From Candidatus Eremiobacteria bacterium (GTDB lineage: Bacteria > Vulcanimicrobiota > Vulcanimicrobiia > Vulcanimicrobiales > Vulcanimicrobiaceae), in the NCBI GenBank assembly GCA_963758295.1, contig CAVWUU010000003.1, positions 96,001-160,000 of the forward strand: 64,000 bases of DNA, given 5' to 3'. Position numbers and translations under genes: made by a program. Under the pieces are notes generated by a model. That model was not told the origin of the DNA. It ran no database searches and saw nothing but the letters and a program-made list of their open reading frames with translations. The first letter of the stretch is position 1, and each line of letters begins with the position of its first letter. This document shows positions 9,606 to 19,994 of the stretch, piece by piece.

Positions 9606-10859
9606 ATGCGGCCACGTCTTATGATGATCGTGGTCCTGATTGGGCTTTCGATCTTCATCAACTACATCGATCGCGGAAACTTAGCGACCGCGGCGACGCT
9701 CGTTGAAAAAGAACTCCATCTCTCGCCATCGCAGCTGGGCTTTTTACTGACGGCGTTCTTCATCACCTATATGCCGATGCAGCTCGTGGTAGGCTGGCTG
9801 GTCGACAAATACACTGCGAGTCGGGTGCTCGTCGTGGGATTCTTCATTTGGTCACTAGCGACATTACTTAGCGCATTTGCGGTCGGGTTCGTGTGGCTCT
9901 TTGCTTGCAGGCTGCTGCTCGGGCTGGGCGAGTCCGTCTCGTTCCCATCGATGGCAAAGCTTTTAGCAGAAAACGTAAACGAAAAGCAGCGTTGTTTCGC
10001 CAACGGTATTATTCAGGCGGGCCTGGCTTTCGGGTCGGCCTTCGGAATCTTCGTTGGTAGCGCGGTGATCGCGGAACACGGTTGGCGCCCGTTCTTCATT
10101 GGTTGCGGCGTAGTCAGCATGCTGTGGATCGTCGCCTGGCAGTTCGCATCGCGTGGGCACCTTCGTAAACGAAGCGCGGACGTGCGAGCGGCGGAAACGC
10201 CTGGCTTCGACCTCATTCTGCGCGAGCGGACGCTTTGGGGCGCATCCCTCGGGCATTTCGGCGGTAATCTCGTACTGTATTTCACGATCAGCTGGATTCC
10301 GTACTATCTAGTGCACGAACGCGGCTGGTCGATATCGCAGATGGGAATTATCGCGGGGTCTGCATCGCTGGCTGCTGGGTTAACGATGATTGTTTCCGGG
10401 CTCGTCTCCGATCACGCAATCCGCCACGGCGCGTCGCCGACCTTTGTAAGGAAGACGGCGTTTGCGACTGGCGGGCTGGGCGGCGCAATTTCGCTGCTCG
10501 GGTGCGGATATTCGCACGGTGCGAATGCTTCTGCAGCATGGCTTCTGGCTGCGGGGTTCTTCAGTGGACTTGCCGCTCTCAATACGTTCGTCGTGGCACA
10601 AACAAAGGCGGGAGACGCGACGGGGAAGTGGGTCGGCATTCAAAATATGTTAGCCAATGCCGCCGGCCTGATCGCTCCCTTGGTCACCGGAGTGCTGGTC
10701 GAGGCGACCGGAAACTTCAAGCTGCCATTTGCTTTGGCCGCACTCGCGGCGCTCGGGAGCGGTCTATCATGGACGCTGCTGACGGGAAAGATCGAACCGA
10801 TCGATTGGAAAGCACGAGCAATTGCTCGCTCTTACGCGCTTGCAGTGGTCGTTAAATAG
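9606..10859 (+). CDS. MFS transporter, anion:cation symporter (galactonate/hexuronate-like) family
   Basis: INYIDRGNL N-terminal motif, GWLVDKY, RLLLGLGES, GWRPFF. Confidence 0.88.
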   Translation: MRPRLMMIVVLIGLSIFINYIDRGNLATAATLVEKELHLSPSQLGFLLTAFFITYMPMQLVVGWLVDKYTASRVLVVGFFIWSLATLLSAFAVGFVWLFACRLLLGLGESVSFPSMAKLLAENVNEKQRCFANGIIQAGLAFGSAFGIFVGSAVIAEHGWRPFFIGCGVVSMLWIVAWQFASRGHLRKRSADVRAAETPGFDLILRERTLWGASLGHFGGNLVLYFTISWIPYYLVHERGWSISQMGIIAGSASLAAGLTMIVSGLVSDHAIRHGASPTFVRKTAFATGGLGGAISLLGCGYSHGANASAAWLLAAGFFSGLAALNTFVVAQTKAGDATGKWVGIQNMLANAAGLIAPLVTGVLVEATGNFKLPFALAALAALGSGLSWTLLTGKIEPIDWKARAIARSYALAVVVK

Positions 10860-10892
10860 GTTCCGATGGATGTGGTGGCGCACGTCTCGCGA

Positions 10893-11041
10893 CTACTTGG
10901 CAGCACTGAACGTGCAACGAAACAATCGATTTACGTACTCAAAGAGCATCGGATCGACCTTTCGCAAACGCCACTTCGTCGCCCGTGGCCAGTGCGACGT
11001 CACGTCGTTGATCTCAACAAAGGCGCGGAGCGCCTCTGCAA
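10893..11041 (-). pseudogene. Intact orphan 3' fragment (copy B, last 48 codons) of the HExxH peptidase gene
   Basis: AEALRAFVEINDVTSHWPRATKWRLRKVDPMLFEYVNRLFRCTFSAAK* has 37/48 residues identical to the intact gene end and the same length to the stop. No similarity upstream of the Ala codon. Confidence 0.9.
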
Positions 11042-11156
11042 TTATGTGGAATTGGCTGAACCGCGCCGCGCTGCGGGAGGGCCCTACAAACAGTCTCTTC
11101 GAAAGCAAGGTCCGCCCGCTGAGGCGGAGCTGTGGCGCCTACTTTTCGACGCGCGA

Positions 11157-11609
11157 TTACATCGCGGGTTTAACGGGGAGGTTTGTCTGCGGACCTTGAC
11201 CGCCGACCTGTTCGATAGTTTCGCCCTGGGCGATCGACCAGTGGTGCACGCCGGCCGGAACCATGATGAACGAACCTGTCGGCAACACTTTCGCGTTCGC
11301 TTTGTTCACTACGTCGCCGGTGCCGAAGAGAAGGGTACCTTGAATGACGGTAATGTACTCGTCGTGTGCATGGTAGTGCGGCTTGTTCGTGTATCCGTCC
11401 GGCATTTTAACGCGTGCAATTGCGTTGCCCGATTTATTCCGATCACCAACGAACGTCGTAAGGAAAAGGCCTTTTGATGCACCCGTTCCCGCCACCCAGT
11501 GTAGATTGTCGGGGGTGAAGGTCAGGGGATTTCCCGACCCGGCCGCGAGAGCGGCGCCTGCGCCAAATGCCAAGCTGAGTCCGATAAGGATTGAGGCAAG
11601 CAGTTTCAT
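11157..11609 (-). CDS. Secreted cupin-domain protein (DUF4437-like)
   Basis: AGAGGAG RBS; signal peptide ALA-A; cupin motifs PHYHAHDEYITVIQG and GSFIMVPAGVHH. Confidence 0.88.
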   Translation of the reverse strand: MKLLASILIGLSLAFGAGAALAAGSGNPLTFTPDNLHWVAGTGASKGLFLTTFVGDRNKSGNAIARVKMPDGYTNKPHYHAHDEYITVIQGTLLFGTGDVVNKANAKVLPTGSFIMVPAGVHHWSIAQGETIEQVGGQGPQTNLPVKPAM

Positions 11610-11799
11610 CGATTGAAGCTCCTCTGTTCCGATTGTTGCAGCATATGTGACACAACGGGGTAAGACGCCGAAGAAAACCAAGGCGTTCTAGGCGGATCGT
11701 AGCACCGCGCCTACGGTTAAGGAACTGCCGATATGCCCATTTAACGGGCGCAGCAATCAGAAGCTGCCTTGGCAGCCTTGCTTTAACGCACACGTCGTT

Positions 11800-12396
11800 C
11801 TAGGCCGCGACGGTAAACGCACATCGGAACAGGCACTCGACGTAGTCGTAGAGCTGCGGGTCCACGTTTCGTAATCGAATCTTCGTTGCGCGCGGCCAAT
11901 GCGACGTCACATCATTGATCTCCACAAATGCGCGGAGCGCCTCAGCAAGATATTCATCGATTCCGGTTGCGGCATACGGCGTTACGAATGCCCGTGCGTT
12001 AGCGAACAGACGGCGCAACTCCGGATCTACTCCGGAACGGTAGACGCCGCCGCCTAATGCGCAATCGAGCGCGTGGCCAAATTCGTGAGCGACGGTCATC
12101 GGGCTGCGGGAACGAAGATACACCGTGCGTTCTTCGACGACGAACAAGCCGGCCGGCGGGGCAGGCCACGCGTCCACGTTGATGCCAAGGCGCGCAAGCG
12201 CCGGTGATGCGTTGCAGTATTGCTCGTGCTTTTCGAGCGGCGAAATCCGGATGCCGCCGTCAAGCGCAAAGCGAAGCGCTCCCGCTCCGAATCGTTCGAG
12301 CGTCTCGACGATTGCGTCGTGCGATTTCACCGAACCCCTCGAGATTAGAGCAAGTGCAAGACCAGCGCAATCGGACATAGGGCACCAGTCTCGCAT
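11800..12396 (-). CDS. Zincin metallopeptidase (HEFGH; anthrax lethal factor/MtfA-like fold)
   Basis: VAHEFGHALD zinc motif; YAAT..DEYLAE third-ligand motif; DPxLY tail. Alternative start at 12378. Confidence 0.8.
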   Translation of the reverse strand: MRDWCPMSDCAGLALALISRGSVKSHDAIVETLERFGAGALRFALDGGIRISPLEKHEQYCNASPALARLGINVDAWPAPPAGLFVVEERTVYLRSRSPMTVAHEFGHALDCALGGGVYRSGVDPELRRLFANARAFVTPYAATGIDEYLAEALRAFVEINDVTSHWPRATKIRLRNVDPQLYDYVECLFRCAFTVAA

Positions 12397-12483
12397 CTCG
12401 ATGTTTTTGTACTATTGCCGCCTTACGTCCAAAGCGTTCGCACCGCCGCGAAACAAACTCCCGCGGGCAGCCGTAGCTGTGGC

Positions 12484-13359
12484 ATGAATCGGCTTCAAAT
12501 CGAGGCGCTTAATAAACGCTATCGTAGCGGCGTTCACGCCCTCAAGGATGTCTCGCTCGATTTCGGCCCGGGGGTGGTTGGATTGCTCGGCCCAAACGGG
12601 GCCGGAAAGTCGTCGTTGATGCGCATTATCTCGACAGTGATGAAGCCGACGAGCGGCACGGTCCGTTGGAATGGTGCAGCGGTTGCGGCGAAGCCGGATG
12701 CTCTTCGGTCGCAACTCGGTTATCTTCCGCAGGATGCCGGCGTCTATCCGAATTTGACCGCGCGTGAATTTCTGCGCTATATGGCGGCGTTGAAAGGATT
12801 AAGCGGGCGCGCCGCAGAGCGAAACATCGGCGAGCTGCTCGAGCAATTAAACCTTACAGCGGCCGGAAGCCGCCCGCTCGGAGGCTTTTCCGGCGGTATG
12901 AAGCAGCGCGTTGGCATCGCTCAAGCATTGCTAGGCGATCCGCAAATCGTCGTCGTCGACGAGCCTACCGTCGGTCTCGACCCGGAGGAGCGCTCGCGCT
13001 TCCGCGAGTTGATTACCGGGATGGCGGGCGATCGCATCGTGATTCTCTCGACCCATATCGTTTCGGATGTAGAAACGATTGCCGAGCGCGTCGTAATGAT
13101 TGCCGACGGCGCGGTAATTGCCGATGCCGCACCCGACGTGCTTGCATCCCAACTCGACGGCAGTGCGTGGCAAGGGATGATTGCACCGGGCGAGCTTGCA
13201 CCGATGCGCGAGAAGTATGCGGTGACGTCGGCGGTTCGCCGGCGCGACGGGGTCCTCGTGAAGCTTTGCGCTAAACATGCCCCCGACGGATTCTCAGCCG
13301 TACAGCCGTCCCTAGAAGACGTGTACTTGGTGAACGTGCGTGAGGCGCGCATCGCGTGA
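12484..13359 (+). CDS. ABC transporter ATP-binding protein (ABC-2 type)
   Basis: Walker A GPNGAGKS, signature FSGGMKQR, Walker B VVVDEPT, H-loop LSTH. Confidence 0.95.
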   Translation: MNRLQIEALNKRYRSGVHALKDVSLDFGPGVVGLLGPNGAGKSSLMRIISTVMKPTSGTVRWNGAAVAAKPDALRSQLGYLPQDAGVYPNLTAREFLRYMAALKGLSGRAAERNIGELLEQLNLTAAGSRPLGGFSGGMKQRVGIAQALLGDPQIVVVDEPTVGLDPEERSRFRELITGMAGDRIVILSTHIVSDVETIAERVVMIADGAVIADAAPDVLASQLDGSAWQGMIAPGELAPMREKYAVTSAVRRRDGVLVKLCAKHAPDGFSAVQPSLEDVYLVNVREARIA

Positions 13360-14862
13360 GCGCGGTTCTGACGATTGCCGGAGCCGACGCTGCCGAACGG
13401 ATGCGCCGGTTTGCCTTTATCCTCACGATTGCGGCCGCGCTCTATGCGGGATACCTGTATGTCCCCGAAGCGAGCGCGACGTATCATACAGTGGTCATTC
13501 ATGGACACGGCGGCATTTATAATTCCGCGTTCTATGGAGCCACGATCGCCGCTCTAAGCGGCGGATTTCTCACGCTCTTCGGGTTTTTTCTTGTGCGCGG
13601 TGCGATCGAACGCGACGCGGAGTGCCACGTCGACGCAATGGTCGCAGCGTCTCGGGTTCGCAAGAGCGTTTTCGTTCTGTCGAAGTGGCTGAGCAGCGCC
13701 GCGGTTCTGTGGGCTGTCGCGGGCCTCTCGTATTTGGCCGCGATGGTCATGCAGATATTGCGTGGGCATTCGCTGCAGGTGGACCCGTTGGCTTACGTCG
13801 GTCCTTACTTGTTGATCACGATGCCCGCAATGGGATTCGTTGCCGCCGTGGCGACGGTCTTCGACATCATTCCGTTCTTGCGCGGTGTCCTCGGCACGAT
13901 CGTATTCCTTATACTGTGGCCGGCATTGCTCGCAACACCGATGAGCGCCGGCTCGGGCGGCGTGCGGGCTCTCGACCCGCTAGGCTTCAGCGTGATTGCC
14001 TCGAGCCTTATCGGCTCGGAACAGCGCGCGTTTCCAAGGGATGTGTCTTCGGACGTCAATTTCGGAGTGATCGCCACTGCGCATATCGGACAGCCGTTTG
14101 CGTTTTCGGGATTTCAGTGGACGAGCGAAATCGTCATGCAGCGACTCGCCTGGATCGCGGTCGCGGTGCTGCTCGTGCTGCTTGCATCGAGGTTCTTTGA
14201 CTTATTCCGCCGCGAGAACGTGCGCGCGAGCCGAAGGCTCTTTATCGACGTCGCGCGCGTTATTCCGAACGTCCCCTTTCTGCGAATTTTTCGCGCCGAG
14301 CTTGGCCTGATTGCAAGCGGCGCAAGCCTTTGGTGGTACCTCGGCGCAATCGGCATCATCATTGCCGGCGCACTCGTGCCGTTCGAGAGCGTCACGAAGG
14401 TCGTACTGCCAATCGCGTTGATCTGGCCGCTGGAACGTATTTCGGCGCTTGGCGCGCGCGAGCGGCGCTTTGGGGTCGATGCGATCGTATCAACGACCGC
14501 GGGCTTCGCCACGAAGACGCTGGCATTTCAATGGCTCGCGGGCGCACTTGTGGCATTCGTGGTTTGTTCGAGCTTGCATGTTGCGCTTGGTGCTTACGGG
14601 CGACGGATTGAGTCTCTTCGCGTGTCTTGCCGTTGCCGCGGCGATTTCTGCTCTGGCGTTGGCCCTCGGCACCCTCGCCGGTGCGTCGCGTCCGTTCGAA
14701 GCGTTGTTCTTACTCGCTTGGTATCTCGGACCGGTTCAACATGTACCGGGCATTGACTTTGCAACCGGCATGCGAACGGCTCCACTAGCAACGACGATCG
14801 TGTGCGTGCTGCTCGCTGCCTTTGGCCTTGCCGTCACGACGGGCCGAAGGTCCATACACTGA
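13356..14862 (+). CDS. ABC-2 type permease, frameshifted near 14580-14610
   Basis: GTG start overlaps the ATPase stop; multi-TM protein. The hydrophobic C-terminus continues in ORF 14449-14862 (ALALGTLAGASRPFEALFLLAWY). Confidence 0.8.
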
Positions 14863-14873
14863 AGGGACCGATC

Positions 14874-15766
14874 TTACTCTCGCCAGACGAAAATCTTCGG
14901 AACGCCATGCTGCGTACCAATGCCGGCGATCGAGCCGTCTCCGGTAACCGCATAGGCTGATTCGAAACGCCAGCCCGGTGGATGTGGTAGGTCATCCAGG
15001 CGCCGAAGGAGTCCGTTGCGCCAACGAAAGGCAAAATGACGTCCTTTAGCATCGCTCAACATGCCCACGACCGTCCCGTTGTCGCTCACGCCATACGCGA
15101 CGCTGCGCGGCGATTTCGGGGCGAGGTCGATGCGGCGTCCCATTCTGTCCCAAGCTACCGCATGCGGAATACCGGGGCAGTTGGTCTGCGTCGTAGTGCC
15201 TCCAGTGCCTGAAAACGTTACGGACATGCAGCCGGCTCGTGCCGGCAGCGCGTCTGCGCCGACGGCCAATCCGGTGCTGTTGATTGCGAGTGCGTCTCCC
15301 GGGCCGAGTTCGCGGAGGTGTTCGCCGTACCAACGCGCCAGCGTGGACAACGCCTCGCCCTAAGTTGCGACAGCTGGAACCACGCGACGTAGGCATATGG
15401 AGCGTACTCTTCGGGAGCGTCTCCCATCACTTGGAACGAGCCCGCCCCAGAGGCTGTTACGAGAAGGTCGTTACCGGCGCCGGCGATACCGGCTGCAATG
15501 GCGTTGGAGTCTTCCCCGCCGTTCTGCTGAGCCCCGGGCTGCGTCACTACGTCCAATGCGCGAAAGATCTCCGGGCTACCATCGTTACCCCAGCGAAAAG
15601 CGCGAGTCCGGTAGGTTCCGTCCGTCGATCCGGCAATGGCGCCGACCGTGCCGTTCGCAGTAAGCGCGATCATCGGGACGGTGCCCTCAGGATCGACCGT
15701 GAAGCCGACCGGCATGGAGAGTGCCCGAACGAAAGCGATGGCTGTGAGCACAAGCACTAAATCCAA
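14874..15766 (-). CDS. Secreted HAF-repeat (extracellular beta-propeller-like) protein, frameshifted near 15350
   Basis: Repeats RAFRW, ALAINSTG, HAVAW, AYGVSDNGTVVG, FAFRW and AYAVTGDGSIAG are split across ORFs 15218-15766 and 14874-15350. Confidence 0.7.
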
Positions 15767-15817
15767 CCTCCAGGTGCGAGCAGCGTGCGGATGTGCTGCT
15801 TCGTGATGTCTCGTGAG

Positions 15818-16405
15818 TCAGTTCGGTAGTGTAGATGAAGGCACGTTTGCGGATGCGATCGCTGCAGCCATGGCCAGCTTGTGATCGCTATTCCACGGCG
15901 AACCAAGGCCATTGCGCATCTGCGCGAAGCGATCGTCGAAGCTTTCGATGCCCAGGATTTGGCTCGCCAAAGTCGATACCGTTTTCGCATCGTACCAGTA
16001 AACGGACCAACCGCGCGATTCGGCGGCCGACGCGAGCGCCTCACGATACATCACCCAGTCGGCAACGTTTCGCGCGCGGTAATTGGTGATTCGATCGGCG
16101 ATCGTGGGCGGCAGCTGTTGGCGCGCGCGAAGAGCGACGCCGGCTATACCGGGAACCGACCCTGCGACTGCATCGAGCGCGAGTAAGGCATGTCTGTCCG
16201 CGGAAGCGCGCACGCGCTCAACTAAGGCAACGGCATCGGCGATGGGCATGAGCTGCCCTTCATGATGATGAGGCAACGCCGGCAAGTCGTGGTCCACGAG
16301 TTCGACTCGACGGCGATCGAGAAGCGTTCCGTCGGGCGTAACGGTTACCAGCACCGCCCACCCGCCATGATCTGAAACACCGATGACGCCGCCGGCCGCC
16401 GTCAT
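15818..16405 (-). CDS. Conserved hypothetical protein
   Basis: 195-aa ORF whose ATG overlaps the LLM gene stop; protein-like composition ([23 protein letters not shown]). Confidence 0.7.
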   Translation of the reverse strand: MTAAGGVIGVSDHGGWAVLVTVTPDGTLLDRRRVELVDHDLPALPHHHEGQLMPIADAVALVERVRASADRHALLALDAVAGSVPGIAGVALRARQQLPPTIADRITNYRARNVADWVMYREALASAAESRGWSVYWYDAKTVSTLASQILGIESFDDRFAQMRNGLGSPWNSDHKLAMAAAIASANVPSSTLPN

Positions 16406-17412
16406 GCAACGGCGTCCGCGGCTTGCGCGGCAATTTCAAACGAGCGCAAGCGCGCGGCGTGATCGTAAATCATTCCGGTGACAATGACTTCGTCGACGTT
16501 CGTGTGTTGCACGAACGAAGCAACGCCGCGGACGACCGTGTCTCGCGTTCCCACAATCGCGTATCGAAGCGTCTGCTCGACCATTTCTTGCTCCATAGGC
16601 GACCAAAAGCCGTCCATTGTTCCGCGAGGCGCCGGTAATCGTCCCGGGCGGCCGCGACGCAAGTTTATGAACGACTGCTGATGCGACGTAAAGAGACGGC
16701 GCGCTTCTTCGATGGTGTCCGCGGCAATAATATTCATGCCGGCCGCGGAATACGGCTCGCGCAACTGTGCAGTCGGTTGGAATTCCTGTCGATACATGTT
16801 CAGGGCTGGAAGCAACATGTCCGGCGCAAAGTGCGATGCAAACGCAAACCGCAATCCGAGCATGGCGGCAAGTCGCGCGCTGAAAAGGCTGGAGCCAAGA
16901 AGCCAAACCGGAATGTCGCTGCCGGCACCCGGAACGGCCGTTACCGTGCGATGCGAGGGCGGCGCCTGAAAGTAATTCATCAGCTCCATGACGTCTTGCG
17001 GAAAGGTATCGTCGCTTCGGAGTAAATTCCGCCGCAATGCGCGCGCGGTCATCTGATCGGTACCAGGCGCGCGTCCCAAACCCAGGTCGATTCTTCCCGG
17101 ATACAGCGCTTCGAGGGTGCCGAACTGTTCCGCCACGAGCAACGGCGCATGGTTGGGCAACATCACGCCGCCCGATCCAATGCGGATCCTTGTCGTGCCT
17201 GCGCCGATATAAGCAAGCGCAACGGCGGTGGCTGCGCTGGCTATTCCGGGCATGTTGTGATGTTCGGCGAGCCAGTACCGCCGGTAGTTCCATCGTTCCG
17301 CGTGCTGCGCGAGATCGAGAGAATTCTTTAAAGCCTGCCCCGCACTCGCGCCCTCGGCAATCGGCGCGAGATCGAGAATCGAAAGCGGAACGGTTTTGAC
17401 TTTGTCGGTCAC
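16402..17412 (-). CDS. LLM-class flavin-dependent oxidoreductase (luciferase family, YhbW-like)
   Basis: [50 protein letters not shown]. Confidence 0.95.
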   Translation of the reverse strand: MTDKVKTVPLSILDLAPIAEGASAGQALKNSLDLAQHAERWNYRRYWLAEHHNMPGIASAATAVALAYIGAGTTRIRIGSGGVMLPNHAPLLVAEQFGTLEALYPGRIDLGLGRAPGTDQMTARALRRNLLRSDDTFPQDVMELMNYFQAPPSHRTVTAVPGAGSDIPVWLLGSSLFSARLAAMLGLRFAFASHFAPDMLLPALNMYRQEFQPTAQLREPYSAAGMNIIAADTIEEARRLFTSHQQSFINLRRGRPGRLPAPRGTMDGFWSPMEQEMVEQTLRYAIVGTRDTVVRGVASFVQHTNVDEVIVTGMIYDHAARLRSFEIAAQAADAVA

Positions 17413-17784
17413 GCATAGATCAACATGTTACGAGAAGTTTTCGTTGCGAACGCATTCGCATCTCGAACGGCGTGGAGCGCAGTTGCTTAAGTGCAAACAA
17501 AACATGTGACGGGCGTAGCGAACTTGATACCTTTATGTGCAAATGCTTTTAGCTTTGCATTCGAATCTTTTTCAGCCCGAGTCCGGGCTTCGGTGCCGGG
17601 CGGCGCGCAGCTCGTTGCCATGTACGTCTATGAAGGCGGATCGCTCGACCGCTTGCTGGCGTTCGACCAAGAGAGCCGGTTCCACGACCGTTGTGTAGAA
17701 GCAATCGAGCCGGCCATGCTTATTGCGAAAGGTTGTAAATATTACGGATTAGGTGGATAATCGCCGCAAGGAGGCTGTTTAACC

Positions 17785-18300
17785 ATGCGCTTTTTTGTTG
17801 TGGTCGTTGCCCTTCTGGCGAGCAGCGCGGCCGCGCTGGCTCAACCTCAACCGTTTACGCCAAGCGTGCTAGCCGTTAGCAAATGCGACCCGCAGGCGAA
17901 CGTAAGCACCACGTATCCCGGGTACGTTCCGGCTTATTATCCGGCCGGCGCTCGTTTCTACTGGGGCGACGTCTATGGACGCCGGTTTTATCAACCGCCG
18001 GTGTCCAGCGCGAACCCCACTTTGAACGTCGATTTCAGAAACGTTACCAACAAGGTGATGACGCAAATCGAGTGGGGCCTGCTCGCAAATGGCCGGCTGG
18101 TAGCCGAAGCGAAGGACGTCGGAACGTTTTCGCCCGGCGCCGAAATCAAGCACAAATATGGTTTGAGCCGGAACGTGTTTCCGCTGCAGACCGGTTTACC
18201 ACGATGCGTGGCGATGCGCATCACGTTTGCAGACGGGACGCACTTGCGAAACCCGAACCTGCCTGCGATTCGACGCCAACTGTACGGGATGCACGAGTGA
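17785..18300 (+). CDS. Secreted hypothetical protein with two Cys
   Basis: AAGGAGG RBS; signal peptide ALA-Q; DVGTFSPGAEIKH and C..ITFADGT segments. Confidence 0.8.
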   Translation: MRFFVVVVALLASSAAALAQPQPFTPSVLAVSKCDPQANVSTTYPGYVPAYYPAGARFYWGDVYGRRFYQPPVSSANPTLNVDFRNVTNKVMTQIEWGLLANGRLVAEAKDVGTFSPGAEIKHKYGLSRNVFPLQTGLPRCVAMRITFADGTHLRNPNLPAIRRQLYGMHE

Positions 18301-18647
18301 TCAAAGATCTCGCCTTCGTGGCCTACTCGGTGCGCGATGTTCCAGCTGCGATCACGTTCTATCGTGACGTGGTCGGACTGCAACCGGGCGAACTCTTCAG
18401 CGATCACTGGGCCGAATTCAAAGTAGGAACCACCGCATTCGGCGTCGGTAACGGTGAACCACTCGGGTACGAGCCCGGGAAATCCACCGGTGCGTCGTTC
18501 GAAGTGGATGATATTCGCACCATGCGAGATCGTTTAGTAGAACGGGGAATCACCGTTTCCGACGTTCACGACTTTCCAAATTGTTCGGCCTGTTTCGTGA
18601 CCGATCCCGAGGGAAATCAGTTCGGCCTGCATCAACGGCGCGCATAG
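18297..18647 (+). CDS. VOC/glyoxalase family protein
   Basis: GTG overlaps the upstream TGA; motifs AITFYRDVVGL, SFEVDDI, FVTDPEGNQFGLH. Confidence 0.9.
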   Translation: MIKDLAFVAYSVRDVPAAITFYRDVVGLQPGELFSDHWAEFKVGTTAFGVGNGEPLGYEPGKSTGASFEVDDIRTMRDRLVERGITVSDVHDFPNCSACFVTDPEGNQFGLHQRRA

Positions 18648-18711
18648 CCGATTGAACGCCCGGCGCACGGGCGAGGGCGTGGCCAGCATGAATGGGCGGC
18701 GCGGAGACCCA

Positions 18712-19190
18712 ATGAGCGAAAAAGTCCGTAGGTTTCCGTTGCCGCCCATGAAAATTTCAAGATCAAACCCCGTCGATTGGAGTTTCCAAACACTGGATCC
18801 CATGGATGCTCTGGCGTCGCGCCGGACGTTCATGGCGTTCCTTCATCGGGCCTGTGCAGCGGATTCCGATTTCGACGGCGCGGAACCGGTCTTTGGCGAA
18901 CTTGTTTCGAACGTTGCCATGCATGCATGCACCGGAGTTCGTGCAAATTCACGCTTATGCGAGCGCACATGGCATCACGCTCGACGTCTACGACACCGGC
19001 CTTTCTACCGGCTACGACGCTTCCGAGCGACGTTGGCAGCGATCGCGGACGCGGACTATTCATCATTTCGCATCTTGGTTCAAAGTTTTGCGTGGAACGA
19101 ACATCTAGTGGGAATCGCGTCAGCGTAGAGCTTCCCGTTTCAATAAAGGCAAGCGCTTCGAATGGTGCACGACGACGGTTCCGAGGATAG
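18712..19190 (+). CDS. RsbW-like anti-sigma/ATP-binding protein (HATPase_c), frameshifted
   Basis: GELVSNVAMHA, LDVYDTG and DRGRGLFIISHL occur in three successive frames; resembles the intact paralogue at 50424-50044. Confidence 0.7.
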
Positions 19191-19198
19191 GTTTATCA

Positions 19199-19444
19199 AT
19201 GAAGCTCCAAGACTTCGATCCGTATTTCGGCAAAAGCGTCGAGATCGTCACGCGCCCGATTGCTCCGTCGCATGACGAGGGACACTACAAAGGAATGCTC
19301 GAGCGAATCGATGGTGACGCTTCGCACGTGTATCTTCAAATCCGAGACGAGGATGCGCCGCGGCCGCCCTACCGTCGTCATGGCCGCGGAGCGCACGCAA
19401 CGGCGGTTCCGATCAACGAAATCCGCCACGTTCGCCCGCTGTAA
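19199..19444 (+). CDS. Small hypothetical protein, possible Sm/LSm-like fold
   Basis: GAGG RBS; pattern FGKSVEI...YKGMLERID...VYLQ...VPINEIRHV. Confidence 0.55.
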   Translation: MKLQDFDPYFGKSVEIVTRPIAPSHDEGHYKGMLERIDGDASHVYLQIRDEDAPRPPYRRHGRGAHATAVPINEIRHVRPL

Positions 19445-19530
19445 TGCCCATTGAATTGCAAGGCCGCGCGGTTTTCGCACGGTTTGAACGAGGCATTACC
19501 CGGCATTGCGCTGATGGGGAGGACGCGTCT

Positions 19531-19989
19531 GTGAAGCGAGCGACCGCGGAACCCAGTGATGATTTCGATTTCGCTACGGACATGCGCGAAGCGATGGACC
19601 TCGAGATCGAAGTCGATCACGATCGAGCGCACCCCGGGTGGCGACAGCGTTTCAAAGACTTCTGGGCTTCTCGTCAAGCCGCCGGCATCGCGCAGTTCTT
19701 CGTCGCTCGCAACGGCGATGGAGAGCGCATCGGCATGGCGTTCGTCACCGCGTCGGACCACTATCGCACGCATGCGTTCGGCACGCGTTATGCCTGCGTA
19801 CACGGCCTCTACGTGAAAGCGGAATTTAGGCGCCGTGGCGTTGCGTCGGCATTGATGACGGCTGTGGAGACTTGGGCGCGCGAAAACGGCTACGACGTTC
19901 TGCGTTTGCGCGCGTCAGAAATGGGACGTCCGCTCTATGCGACGCTCGGGTTCACGCCGACGACGGAAGTTGAAAAAAACCTGAAGTAA
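19531..19989 (+). CDS. GNAT family N-acetyltransferase
   Basis: GGAGGA RBS before GTG; acetyl-CoA motif LYVKAEFRRRGVASALM; GRPLYATLGF. Confidence 0.9.
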   Translation: MKRATAEPSDDFDFATDMREAMDLEIEVDHDRAHPGWRQRFKDFWASRQAAGIAQFFVARNGDGERIGMAFVTASDHYRTHAFGTRYACVHGLYVKAEFRRRGVASALMTAVETWARENGYDVLRLRASEMGRPLYATLGFTPTTEVEKNLK

Positions 19990-19994
19990 CGCGG

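Noticed and set aside
9474..11946. Diversity-generating retroelement TR/VR pair as the explanation for the repeated peptidase ends
   Set aside because: Differences are mostly synonymous third-position changes involving all bases rather than adenine-specific ones, and there is no reverse transcriptase in the window.
17491..17760. 89-aa ORF between the LLM gene and the secreted protein gene
   Set aside because: No RBS or recognisable motif, and it lies in a divergent promoter region; cannot be supported as a gene.
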